Counted from the stretch's first letter, positions 33,398 through 43,001 are shown. The stretch is DNA of 64,000 nucleotides from Patescibacteria group bacterium (GCA_028718605.1 JAQULM010000002.1:65776-129775); one strand, 5' to 3'. Program-made: numbers and translations. The notes: generated by a model from the letters alone, not told the origin.

Positions 33398-33661
33398 TTA
33401 CTCCCCGCGTACTGCCCGATTGATGTCTTTCAGCAGGGACTCGAGGGGAATCCCGTGTACCGCCGCACCAGCTTCAAGCGATTCATACGGAGAGACCATA
33501 CAACCGATGCAGTGAAAACCATAGTGCAATAGTACCTGCTCAGTCTCCGGATGCTTCCGTATAAGATCGCCAATCAGGATATCTTTCGTAATGCTTACGC
33601 GATTCGTTGCTTTTCGGCGACGTTCATGCTGCCGCGCGTGTATCTTTTTTGATCGTTTCAT
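33398..33661 (-). CDS. DUF1858-domain (hybrid-cluster-associated redox disulfide) protein
   Basis: ITKD..IG.L...P...GFHCIGC..ESLE.GA.VHGI. Confidence 0.85.
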   Translation of the reverse strand: MKRSKKIHARQHERRRKATNRVSITKDILIGDLIRKHPETEQVLLHYGFHCIGCMVSPYESLEAGAAVHGIPLESLLKDINRAVRGE

Positions 33662-33766
33662 ATGCTACGAATGAAATTATACCTGTACTGTACGGGATAC
33701 GATTGTACTCGTCAAATAGCGTAAAAACGCTCATTGTTCGCAAACGGGCAGCAATGATCCGTGTCA

Positions 33767-34516
33767 TTATTCAATCAGCAGAAACAGCGCCATCACCCCG
33801 ACGCCGGCAAGGAATGCAATAAGCTGAATAATCGACTTCCGCAGCTCAGTTTCCTTTTTAAGTTCGGGGATTAAATCAGCCGATGCGATATATACAAATC
33901 CGCCGATCGTAAACGCAACCAGCACGTCCTGGAAGCCTTGCAATGATATACCGATGCTGAGTACTACTAGCGCGCCGACAATCGCCAAACACGCGGAAAG
34001 GAAATTATAGAGGAGCGCTTTTCGCTTAGTCAAGCCTGCGTGAATCAAGATGCCGAAATCGCCCATCTCCTGGGGAATTTCATGGAGGAGCACTGCGACA
34101 GTGGTCGTAAAGCCGAGGTGCGGATTTACCAGATACGCGGCCGCGATGACCATACCGTCAATAAAATTATGCAGCCCATCGCCGATAAAATTGCTCACTG
34201 CGACGGGATGCGGATGGTCCTGGGACGTCACGACATGGCAGTGGCGCCAGTGGATTATCTTCTCAAGAACAAAAAACATGGTGATCCCGAACAGGATCCA
34301 AAATGCAAGCATACGTGTATCGGGCAGCGCTTCTGCCGCTTCCGGCAACAAATGCAGCAACGCACCGCCGAGGAGAGAACCAGCTGCGAAACTGACGAGT
34401 ATGAGCAACAGCTTCCGCAGCCGCTCATCACTGAACGAAAGCGTAACAACCCCGATCAGCGAAACGACACTGATTGCTAAAACGCTTAACAATGTATAAC
34501 TCCACTCGACAAACAT
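33767..34516 (-). CDS. ZIP-family metal transporter
   Basis: HLLPEA, HWRHCH, DGLHNFIDG, HEIPQEMGDF. Confidence 0.94.
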   Translation of the reverse strand: MFVEWSYTLLSVLAISVVSLIGVVTLSFSDERLRKLLLILVSFAAGSLLGGALLHLLPEAAEALPDTRMLAFWILFGITMFFVLEKIIHWRHCHVVTSQDHPHPVAVSNFIGDGLHNFIDGMVIAAAYLVNPHLGFTTTVAVLLHEIPQEMGDFGILIHAGLTKRKALLYNFLSACLAIVGALVVLSIGISLQGFQDVLVAFTIGGFVYIASADLIPELKKETELRKSIIQLIAFLAGVGVMALFLLIE

Positions 34517-34652
34517 ATTTCGAGAAGCTTTAGTATTTCTGGGCAGCTAAATTATACCAGATCACCCCAGTCGCTCCAAATAATTGGGCAAATTAAAAAA
34601 AGCCGCACGTTTTCATGCGGCCTTTTTCAGTCGCCGATGGATTCGACCAACC

Positions 34653-34883
34653 TTACGCACTTGCCATCACGGCAGAGCGTTCCGGTGAACGCATCGGTAA
34701 AACGACAATGCTATATGCTGCTGCAATTCCGACAACTGAGTATATAATCCGCGAGAGAGCTGCACCGCCGCCAAATACCGCTGCTACGAGATCGAAATTA
34801 AAAATTCCGACTAAACCCCAGTTCAACCCGCCCACAACGAGTACTACCAGCATCACCCAATCAATCGTGTTTAACTTTTTCAT
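34653..34883 (-). CDS. DUF378 small membrane protein
   Basis: VGGLNWGLVGIFNFDLV..RIIYSVVG. Confidence 0.9.
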   Translation of the reverse strand: MKKLNTIDWVMLVVLVVGGLNWGLVGIFNFDLVAAVFGGGAALSRIIYSVVGIAAAYSIVVLPMRSPERSAVMASA

Positions 34884-34957
34884 AGCGTATGTATCCTTGA
34901 ATGTTATTACTATATATCGACCTTGTTCATTTTGAGAATAAGTGATATACTTAAATC

Positions 34958-35842
34958 ATGCAAAACGTGCATTTTACACCACCACAACTCGCCCCCCTTT
35001 TTGGGGTCAATGTTTCCACCATCAAGCGGTGGGTTAATCAGGGCTACCTGAAAGCTGAGATTACACCTGGTGGCCACCGACGCATTTCTCGCGAACAGCT
35101 GACCGAATTCATTGAGGTGCACCCAAAGTATGCGAAAAACTCTTACGTCCTCCGTCGGCTGAAACAACACTCAAACTGCCCGAACAATGATTGCTGGAAA
35201 CGGTACTACCGCTTCTTGCTGGATAACAACTCGACGGAAGCAGCGCAGCTCCTCGATAAGCTGTACCTCAGCGGATCCCCAATTCTCGATATTCTCTCGA
35301 AAGTAATCACACCGACGATGCGCTATATCGCGGACCAGTGGACATCTGAAAAAATTTCCGTCTACGAAGAGCACCGGATGAGTTTCATGATGCGGAGCCA
35401 TATTCTCCACCTGGAGCAGTACGTTCCCGATACTGCTGATGACAAGTCCGCCACTGCCCTCCTCGCATGTGCACCGGGTGAATTCCATGAGCTCCCCCTC
35501 GAACTCATCGCTCTCGTTCTTAAAATCAACGGATGGAGAACCCACATTCTCGGCATCAATATCAGCATCGGTGAATTGATCAAGGCAGCGCGAAAAATCC
35601 ATCCGAAATTTATTAGTATTACCAAAACATACGCCACGAACGAATCCGAGGCGTACTTCAAGAAGCTATTTTCCTTCGCGGAAGAAAATAACATCTGCGT
35701 TGCCATGGGTGGTGCAGCATGGCAAAAGAGTATTGCAAAAAAAAGCATCAAAATGCCTTCCTGTGTGCGCTTTTTCCCTGCATTGAAACTCTTTAGCGAA
35801 CACCTCGCGAACTACAAACGAAAAGGTACGATTCCAAAATAA
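34958..35842 (+). CDS. Excisionase/MerR-type HTH plus cobalamin-binding domain regulator (CarH/LitR-like)
   Basis: GV..STIKRW..TPGGHRR; W...EEH helical cap; GEFHELP; GGA. Confidence 0.85.
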   Translation: MQNVHFTPPQLAPLFGVNVSTIKRWVNQGYLKAEITPGGHRRISREQLTEFIEVHPKYAKNSYVLRRLKQHSNCPNNDCWKRYYRFLLDNNSTEAAQLLDKLYLSGSPILDILSKVITPTMRYIADQWTSEKISVYEEHRMSFMMRSHILHLEQYVPDTADDKSATALLACAPGEFHELPLELIALVLKINGWRTHILGINISIGELIKAARKIHPKFISITKTYATNESEAYFKKLFSFAEENNICVAMGGAAWQKSIAKKSIKMPSCVRFFPALKLFSEHLANYKRKGTIPK

Positions 35843-35911
35843 TAATACAGTTTTTCTCTATAAAACTTCAAGGGGTATTATCCAAACATCCCTTGCTTTT
35901 ACGCGAGAACT

Positions 35912-38638
35912 CTACACATCCCCCGGCTCGATGATCCTCACGTTGGGTCCGCCGTTTGAGCGGGGCATGACGAGGATCTCGTCCTCGCCGTCATCGTCAA
36001 TGTCGCCACCGGCGACCATGACGCCGCCCAGGTAGTTGGTGCCGAACGCAAAGAACTCCTGCTGGAGCTCCTCGCGGATGTTGTACCGGCGGACAAGGGG
36101 TGTTGCATTGTCGCCAACACCCACAATGAGCTCTTTCTCACCATTGCCATCCGTATCCACACCGGCAACCTGCACGCCGCCGCGGTAATCGATGTTGAAA
36201 GCATAGAAGCCGGGTGATAAGCGCTTTACCTCATTGGGCCGAATCTTGAATATCTGGACATGGGGAGCGCCCCACTGAGGGCCAGTCACAATCTCGTCCT
36301 TGCCGTCCCCGTCCATATCAATGGTGGTAACGTTAATCCCCCCACGGAAATTAGGGTCGTATGCCATGAAATTGGTGAGTACTTTACCGTTCTGGTTGTA
36401 CACGAGCACATGGGGGCCGCCGCCCTGGCGTGCGGCGACGACAATCTCCTGGATGCCGTCGCCGTCGGTATCGCCGCAGGAGAGGTTAACGCCACCCGTG
36501 TACTTGCCGTCCAGTACATAAAATTCGTCTGCTAACTGGGTACCGTACGCATTAAAAATGCGGACCAGCGGCCAGCCGCCCTTGCCCTGGGCCGTGACGA
36601 TCTCATCGTGGCCGTCTGCGTTTACGTCGCAGGCTGACACGGTGACGCCATTGCGCAAACCCTGGTCATACGCAAAAAACTGGGACCTCTTGTTGCCATT
36701 GGAATCAAATACCTGTACATGGGGACCCATGCCGTCACCAGTACCCGTAATGATCTCTTCCCTGGCATTCCCTATGACGTTCCCGGAAGATATCTGGTAC
36801 CCACCCCGGATGGTTTGGGCGTAGGCGAAAAACGAGGTGCCGGAGGCGACGGGGGCGGTGTATTGATTTGAACCTGAAGAACCCGCCTGAAACGTGAGAT
36901 ACCAATTCCACGATGGCTTAGGGGAAAAATCCGTTTTCAGGAGACCGAAATCGTTCTCATATGGATCACCAGTATCACGGTCTATAACATTGAACAGCAA
37001 AACCTTTTCTACTTTACCAGTCGAAAGTAGGTACGGCACTGCTGCCTGAAAATACTGGTTCTGGAAATCTTCGCTGTAATTTGAATATGTCGAACATCCA
37101 AGTTCGGTGATCCAAATTTTATCCGAAGGCCGATACTGATTTACGACAGCGAGCGCATTAGCGAAGTCGCGCTGCAGCGCGCTCAGATTGCCGCTCGATT
37201 TGTACTGGTCGCAGTAGTACACATGGAACGCGGGTGCGTCGAAGTAGTTTCCTGCTTGCTGGTACAAACCTTCGAGAAAGGATGCATTCGGCGACGAAAT
37301 CGGCGCATTGAGAACCAATGCGTCTGGATCAACCGCTTTCACTGCTTCATACCCGGCTTTTAAGTACGGAATATACGCCGCGACCGTATTCGGCGAGAAA
37401 TACTTTTCCAGATCTGGCTCGTTCCACATTTCCCACACTTTAATATAGTCCTTGTGTTCCGTGACGACCTCGGTAACAAATTCACTCCACTCAGTAAGAC
37501 CGGGTAGCGCATCAACTCCGCTTCCAAGCATGCCGACGATATTGATATCGTTCCCCCGATAGAAATTTCGTACTGTTTCATACCGTTCTGGCGTACCTGC
37601 TTGGCTGTACCAGGTAATATCGAATCGCTCACGTACCCAACGAGTACCTGATTCTTTCAGTTTTTCTATCATCAACGAATCAAATCCAGCGCCGCTCGAC
37701 AGCGCCAGATGGACATTAAGCCCGACTGTATCCTTTGAAACCAAGCGCGTATTGACCCCATTAAGCAGGGAACTGATCGATTGCGATTCGTTTGCATCGG
37801 GAACCTCAACATACCCCTCCTCGTTGGTATGCTCACCATTAACGTAATAATCTGCCGATATAATCGTGCCCTCGCCAACTGTAATCGTGAACGTCCGCAA
37901 CAGCTTCGTGAGATCAACCGGAATGGGATACTGCGATTCTTCGCACGTTTCATAATCATCATATAACCAAACGGTATACGCCCCCGTTTCCCGATACAAC
38001 CAGTACCCCTGATAGGTCATCACCTGGTCGTCGTACGTTGGTGTTTCACCGGTTTTCGCCATGACCATGCGAACATTCGCATGTCTGATACCATTATCCT
38101 CAATAATTCTACCTGATATATTAGGCTCCTGGAAATATACGTCTCCGACATTGACCGTCTTTGTGTTTGGCACGACACCAAGATCAATCCTTGCCGGCGA
38201 ACTCTGCCGCTGATAGACGCCCTCAGCGTCCTTCAATAAAATTTTATCATCCTTATTGAAATTGAGGTACACATGGTATGTATCCGGATCATACTCGTCA
38301 ACATCGTTATCCGTATACCAATCCGTACCATACCCATCAAAATATTGCGAGAAACTTTGCCAGTCCCAGGACCGTATCTGAAATGTACCGTCGGCGCTGT
38401 CGATATTTTGTTGTCCGATTACTATTTGTTGACTGGAAATATTATTATCCGGCCCAACAACCAATCGGAGAGTAACTCCACCCGTTACAGGGGTTCCGTC
38501 ATAACCATACAGCGTACCGGAAACGGTGATCCGCGGAAGCGTTGATTCAGTGACGGCATCCATGGCATGCGGACCGAATAACATGAAGATGCCCATAACG
38601 AACGCAATGCTGATAATGACGTAGATGCGTATTTTCAT
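35912..38638 (-). CDS. Secreted clan GH-A glycoside hydrolase with C-terminal FG-GAP repeats
   Basis: Signal peptide, WEMWNEPD, IWITELG, FGLL..PKP; repeated D.DGDG..EIV..GGP.V. Confidence 0.85.
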   Translation of the reverse strand: MKIRIYVIISIAFVMGIFMLFGPHAMDAVTESTLPRITVSGTLYGYDGTPVTGGVTLRLVVGPDNNISSQQIVIGQQNIDSADGTFQIRSWDWQSFSQYFDGYGTDWYTDNDVDEYDPDTYHVYLNFNKDDKILLKDAEGVYQRQSSPARIDLGVVPNTKTVNVGDVYFQEPNISGRIIEDNGIRHANVRMVMAKTGETPTYDDQVMTYQGYWLYRETGAYTVWLYDDYETCEESQYPIPVDLTKLLRTFTITVGEGTIISADYYVNGEHTNEEGYVEVPDANESQSISSLLNGVNTRLVSKDTVGLNVHLALSSGAGFDSLMIEKLKESGTRWVRERFDITWYSQAGTPERYETVRNFYRGNDINIVGMLGSGVDALPGLTEWSEFVTEVVTEHKDYIKVWEMWNEPDLEKYFSPNTVAAYIPYLKAGYEAVKAVDPDALVLNAPISSPNASFLEGLYQQAGNYFDAPAFHVYYCDQYKSSGNLSALQRDFANALAVVNQYRPSDKIWITELGCSTYSNYSEDFQNQYFQAAVPYLLSTGKVEKVLLFNVIDRDTGDPYENDFGLLKTDFSPKPSWNWYLTFQAGSSGSNQYTAPVASGTSFFAYAQTIRGGYQISSGNVIGNAREEIITGTGDGMGPHVQVFDSNGNKRSQFFAYDQGLRNGVTVSACDVNADGHDEIVTAQGKGGWPLVRIFNAYGTQLADEFYVLDGKYTGGVNLSCGDTDGDGIQEIVVAARQGGGPHVLVYNQNGKVLTNFMAYDPNFRGGINVTTIDMDGDGKDEIVTGPQWGAPHVQIFKIRPNEVKRLSPGFYAFNIDYRGGVQVAGVDTDGNGEKELIVGVGDNATPLVRRYNIREELQQEFFAFGTNYLGGVMVAGGDIDDDGEDEILVMPRSNGGPNVRIIEPGDV

Positions 38639-38656
38639 TTTTCTTGGAATTATTAT

Positions 38657-38791
38657 TTACTCATCCCCCGCCTCAATGATACTTACGTTGGAATCGTTGC
38701 AATCCCTTGAACTCCTCAGATGTATATACATAAAACCAACATGTAATTGAAACACGTTGTGCGCTCCCAAGTTAAGGAGTAGGTTTCTCAT
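38657..38791 (-). pseudogene. 44-codon ORF ending in a remnant of the FG-GAP module C-terminus
   Basis: Ends NVSIIEAGDE*, versus NVRIIEPGDV* and QVRVIEAGSM* of the nearby paralogs. Confidence 0.5.
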
Positions 38792-38893
38792 AGTCGGTGC
38801 TTTGTGGTTTTTATTTTTCTACTATAACTATAGCACAAAAATGCCTCCTTGGCAAGAAGTTATACGGATAAAAAATTATTCGAAAAAAATTTC

Positions 38894-39418
38894 CTACGAA
38901 CTCGCTGATGCTTCGATCACTACAAAAACACCAGGCTCGCTGTCGCTGATGTCAACACGTACAGTCCGGCTGTCCTTTTCCCCCCGTACAATCGTATTGT
39001 TTTGAACGCCCGCTTCGACTGATACCGACCAGCCGTCCGCACTTAGATTCTGTTCGTATTGAGATTGTGCGGTTTGCCGATCCGCGAGAGACTGAATCGT
39101 TACAACATATCCTCGATCCCCCGACGGTTCCTCATATGCTGTCACGGTGCCGTCAATGAGAAATATATCCTCGGGGAAATTCGCAAGTAATTCCGGCCGA
39201 TTACGCGTCAGCGAAGAATCAGCAGGTGGCTCCGGGGCCGGCAGGCCTTCGCGGCTATTTGTTGCACGCACGTTATTTGAATTATTCGTTCCCTCGTGGC
39301 GGGCGCGCCCAATAGCGAACAAGATGACCACGATTGCAATCAGAACCAGTGGAATAATGATGAACGCTCGACGTTTTGTTGTGCCGCTATCAGCCATACG
39401 CATCAACGTAATACCCAT
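38894..39418 (-). CDS. Hypothetical membrane-anchored protein
   Basis: N-terminal TM; FP.D..Y...L...GW pattern. Confidence 0.7.
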   Translation of the reverse strand: MGITLMRMADSGTTKRRAFIIIPLVLIAIVVILFAIGRARHEGTNNSNNVRATNSREGLPAPEPPADSSLTRNRPELLANFPEDIFLIDGTVTAYEEPSGDRGYVVTIQSLADRQTAQSQYEQNLSADGWSVSVEAGVQNNTIVRGEKDSRTVRVDISDSEPGVFVVIEASASS

Positions 39419-39438
39419 AGTATAGCATACTCGAAACG

Positions 39439-41226
39439 CTACATACTACCCGCCTCGATAACCCGTACCTGGGGCCCGCCGCTACTGCGCGGCGCGACGA
39501 TAAGCTCCTCGGAACCATCATTATCAACATCCCCGCCAGCCACGTTCACTCCCCCGAGAAAATTCGTCTCAAAGACGAAAAATTCCTTTTGCATCTCCTC
39601 TCGAATGTTGTATATGCGCACTAGCGGCGTCGCGTTGCCGCCAACGCCCACGACGAGCTCTTTCGTGCCATCGCCGTCGGTATCAACTCCCGCGACAGAC
39701 ACCCCGCCCCGGTAATCCGCATTGAAGGCATAAAAACCCGGCGATAAACGCTTCAACTCATTCGGGCGTATCTGGAAAATTTGCACGTGCGGTGCGCCAA
39801 CTTCCGGGCCAGTCACAATCTCATCCCTGCCGTCACCGTCCATGTCAATCGTTGAAACCCGAATTCCCCCCCGAAAACCAGTATCATACGCCATAAAATT
39901 CGTGAGGATTTTGCCTGAAGCATTGTATACGAGCACGTGCGGCCCGCCACCGGCGCTTGCCGCAACCACAATTTCCGATGTACCGTCGCCATCCGTATCG
40001 CCACACGAGAGATTGACGCCCCCTGTGTATTTGCCGTCTAATACGTAAAACTCGTGCTCGACCTGCGTCCCATACGCATTAAAGATTCGAACGATTGGCC
40101 AGCCCCCTTTCCCCTGCGCCGTGACTATTTCCTCGAACCCGTCAGCGTTCACATCGCATGCCGTGACTCGGACGCCATTGCGCAAATTTTGGTCGTACGC
40201 AAAAAACTGCGCTTTCCTGTTCCCATCGGCGTCGAACACCTGGACCTGGGGACCCATGCCGGTTTCCGTGCCTGCGAGTATCTCATCACGCGCGTCTCCC
40301 GTAACATTCCCGGACGAAACACTATACCCGCCGCGGACTGCAGTATCATACGCGAAGAACGACGTACCCGAAGCAACCGGCGGCGAGTACTGTTCACCGG
40401 TATCGACGAACACAACCGCGTTCGGCATGTTGCGGCCAGGCCCGACACCATACTGGCCGTTATAGTACAGTGCGGACGATCCGCCGCCATCGAGATTCAT
40501 TGCGTACTGCATGCCCATAGCCTGCATCGCGTACCCGAGATCCATTACCGTCGCTGAAGATGCGACAACGAGGTACATGTTATCGCCCTTGAACCCAATG
40601 CCAGAACGGTTTGATTTTATCGTGCGCTGCTTGGTATCGAGCTCACTGGGCGAAACCGTCAGTTTGCTTTCGTAGATCAGCCCTGGTCCGTTCGAAATGA
40701 GTGCCTGGAGTTTTGTGTTGTTGCTCGCCTCAAACGCTTCCTTACCGGGCCAATCTTCCGCGACCTTGAAATAGTGCAGTTGATTTTCGGAATCAAATGC
40801 GATAACCGGGCCTGGATTAAACTGGTTCTGGTACGAATTCACGAATGTGCCCTTCAATGAATCGTACCACATCCAATAGTATGACCCTTCTTTGCCGGCG
40901 CAGGACGAATAATCGGATGGGCAGAAGTAACTGCCGTTGATGCCAGCGAACCCGCCGACCTGGTCCACGTACGATTGGAGCGGCCGTATCGGACTGGCGA
41001 CGTTCATCCGCTCGCCGGAAACGTCGGTTAATGAGCGTATCTGCAGCCCAGGATCGCTCATATTGATCCGCACTAACCGGACCGAGACGACCCCCGCGTC
41101 TGTGAGAACTGACAAGCTCTCCCATCCGGCATCAATGGCGTGCACGCCACGCGGCAATAAAAATAATGCTCCTACCACAAATGCGGATAGGATGCTTAAC
41201 CAATTTATATTCAACCGTTTCATCAT
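39439..41226 (-). CDS. Phosphodiester glycosidase (NAGPA-like) with C-terminal FG-GAP repeats
   Basis: GINGSYF, GP.L, RSGIG, AMNLDGGGSS; same FG-GAP module as 35912-38638. Confidence 0.87.
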   Translation of the reverse strand: MMKRLNINWLSILSAFVVGALFLLPRGVHAIDAGWESLSVLTDAGVVSVRLVRINMSDPGLQIRSLTDVSGERMNVASPIRPLQSYVDQVGGFAGINGSYFCPSDYSSCAGKEGSYYWMWYDSLKGTFVNSYQNQFNPGPVIAFDSENQLHYFKVAEDWPGKEAFEASNNTKLQALISNGPGLIYESKLTVSPSELDTKQRTIKSNRSGIGFKGDNMYLVVASSATVMDLGYAMQAMGMQYAMNLDGGGSSALYYNGQYGVGPGRNMPNAVVFVDTGEQYSPPVASGTSFFAYDTAVRGGYSVSSGNVTGDARDEILAGTETGMGPQVQVFDADGNRKAQFFAYDQNLRNGVRVTACDVNADGFEEIVTAQGKGGWPIVRIFNAYGTQVEHEFYVLDGKYTGGVNLSCGDTDGDGTSEIVVAASAGGGPHVLVYNASGKILTNFMAYDTGFRGGIRVSTIDMDGDGRDEIVTGPEVGAPHVQIFQIRPNELKRLSPGFYAFNADYRGGVSVAGVDTDGDGTKELVVGVGGNATPLVRIYNIREEMQKEFFVFETNFLGGVNVAGGDVDNDGSEELIVAPRSSGGPQVRVIEAGSM

Positions 41227-41369
41227 ATGGTTGTGGTGGTTTCATTATACTCGAAAGTATGATTAGCACAAACGTACTTCGTGGGGTTCCAAGCGGGGAA
41301 AATGCGGCTCCGATTAAAAAAAGCGGGGATCCCCATTGGGAAACCCCCGCTCGCTTGGACATCGGATGA

Positions 41370-42557
41370 TTATCGATTCCATACCCAATCGCGTAGTACG
41401 ACGCTCAGATGATGCCTCCACCGCGGACGGCGGATGTACCCGCGCGGATACTGAATCAGCTTGACTGCCTCCCCGACGGAAGCAGGTAAAAAACCTCCTG
41501 CGACGAGCACGCCGGTTTTCTGTAAAACCATACACGCCTGGCTCGCATTGATCTGCCGCAACTCCGCAAATCCATCACTATTGAAAATCCCCAGGAGTGT
41601 GGATTTTCGGACATTGCCCAGAGACCGTGGCCCCGTGCAAAAAGCGCACAGACGGACGTCACCGCTCGGATCAATCGAAACATATGCATGTCCTGCACGG
41701 CACTGTGAATAGTGGATAATCCGTAACGGGCTATTGAGGGCGACGAGACGCCGCTCAACCGCCCAGAACGAATCTTCGTGCAGGACGAACCGCTGGTCGT
41801 CCGCGACACCGACGGGAATGTAGTGGAAATGGAATGCAAAGAGCGCACCGCGCCTGACTAACTCTTTCATGCAGCTCAGGGATGTGACGTTGAGGTAGTT
41901 CTCCTGCGTTATCGTTATCGACGCGCCAGCAATCACACCATGCTCCTGCGCGAGCTCCAATGCGCGGAACGCCCCACTGTCATCCTTCCGACCGGAATAG
42001 ACATTGATCGCGAGAGCGATCCCCAAACGCCGGAAATCGATAACGTCCTGCTCGGTAACAAGATCTCCATTGGTAAAAACTATGAAGATCATTTCATCGC
42101 CGAGACGCTTTTTGATGCGCTTGATCATCTCCTTCATGAGCATCGGCTCTCCGCCAAGAATCAGAATGATCATGCACCCATTTACAATGGATTCCTTACC
42201 GAGCTTGACCCAATCATCCTCAGTCATGTCCTCGATTGCAGCTTTCTCCGACTTTGGGCAACCAGGACACGCCCGATTGCACCGATTCGTGAGAAACCAC
42301 GTCTGTGCTGACGGGAAGAAAAGCCCGCGCTGGCGAAGACGCCGGTTACGGGTGCTGTTGAGGAGCGTATTCTCAAGAATCCGCATCCAGTGGGAAAAAT
42401 CCGGCGGACTCCGATGGTACGCCAGTCCAATCCAATTCTGGCGAAATTGGTGCAGGAACAAATACAGGAGTACCGTCCCCCACAAATAGAGCTTTACAGT
42501 CAGCCGTGACGTGATAATCCAAACAACAAGTGACTTCACCGTTTGTCCCATGAACAA
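41370..42557 (-). CDS. Radical SAM protein with SPASM/twitch-like C-terminus
   Basis: CNRACPGC, GGEP, FTNG, C.AG..IDPSGDV..C.F, GNV. Confidence 0.9.
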   Translation of the reverse strand: MFMGQTVKSLVVWIITSRLTVKLYLWGTVLLYLFLHQFRQNWIGLAYHRSPPDFSHWMRILENTLLNSTRNRRLRQRGLFFPSAQTWFLTNRCNRACPGCPKSEKAAIEDMTEDDWVKLGKESIVNGCMIILILGGEPMLMKEMIKRIKKRLGDEMIFIVFTNGDLVTEQDVIDFRRLGIALAINVYSGRKDDSGAFRALELAQEHGVIAGASITITQENYLNVTSLSCMKELVRRGALFAFHFHYIPVGVADDQRFVLHEDSFWAVERRLVALNSPLRIIHYSQCRAGHAYVSIDPSGDVRLCAFCTGPRSLGNVRKSTLLGIFNSDGFAELRQINASQACMVLQKTGVLVAGGFLPASVGEAVKLIQYPRGYIRRPRWRHHLSVVLRDWVWNR

Positions 42558-42698
42558 TCCTCCAATCTATTCGAAAATATCAACGTTCGAACGAACAATA
42601 AACAAACAATCGGTTTACCTTACCATTGTTGAAAAAAATGTCAACCCCCTTGTTGAATGGCTCTGGGTGCTGACTTCGAACCAGCATCACCGCATGAA

Positions 42699-42803
42699 CC
42701 CGCCTGCCTCAACGAACTCTAGGGGGAGGACTCGAACCTCCAACTTCTGCATTAACAGTGCAGCGTTCTACCAATTGAACTACCCTAGAGTTCGGCGGGC
42801 AGG
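42699..42803. mobile_element. Inverted-repeat-bounded insertion carrying a tRNA-Asn
   Basis: Arms CCCGCCTGCC (42699-42708) and GGCGGGCAGG (42794-42803) resemble the halves of the 17260 palindrome. Confidence 0.65.
42717..42789 (-). tRNA. tRNA-Asn(GTT), intact inner copy, no encoded CCA
   Basis: TCTAGGG/CCCTAGA acceptor, G discriminator, CTGCA-CTGTTAA-TGCAG, GGAGG-TTCGAGT-CCTCC. Confidence 0.96.
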
Positions 42804-42840
42804 CAGTGCAGGGTTTTACCAATTTAAACTACCCCGGAAT

Positions 42841-42870
42841 AAAAAAATTCCCGCTTGTCGGCGGGACTTT
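42841..42870 (-). terminator. Intrinsic terminator (attenuator) immediately upstream of the tRNA-Asn locus
   Basis: TCCCGC-CGACAA-GCGGGA then A and TTTTTTT on the minus strand. Confidence 0.85.
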
Positions 42871-42895
42871 ATTCTATTTGATTACACAATGAAAA

Positions 42896-42955
42896 TCACG
42901 CCGATGCGAAACGGTTGTTCTTGTTATTATTCGATGTGTGGACGGGATATTTCAT
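42896..42955 (-). CDS. Putative Asn-rich attenuator leader peptide MKYPVHTSNNNKNNRFASA
   Basis: AAT AAT AAC AAG AAC AAC run; the 3' end TCGGCGTGATTTT is complementary to the terminator 5' side. Confidence 0.75.
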   Translation of the reverse strand: MKYPVHTSNNNKNNRFASA

Positions 42956-42964
42956 AGTGTCTGT

Positions 42965-42994
42965 ATTGTATGCCAATGCTCTGCTTGCTGTCAA
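42965..42994 (-). promoter_or_regulatory. Sigma70 promoter of the leader/tRNA-Asn transcript
   Basis: TTGACA-18-TACAAT; predicted start near 42958, about 3 nt before the ATG. Confidence 0.75.
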
Positions 42995-43001
42995 TACGCG
43001 C

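Larger units (their letters stand above)
42658..42838 (-). pseudogene. Decayed outer tRNA-Asn(GTT) split in its anticodon loop by a 105-bp insertion
   Basis: Joining 42838-42804 and 42698-42658 gives a 76-nt cloverleaf (TCCGGGG..CTGCA-CTG|TTCA-TGCGG..TTCGAA..GCCA) with two acceptor mismatches. Confidence 0.8.
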
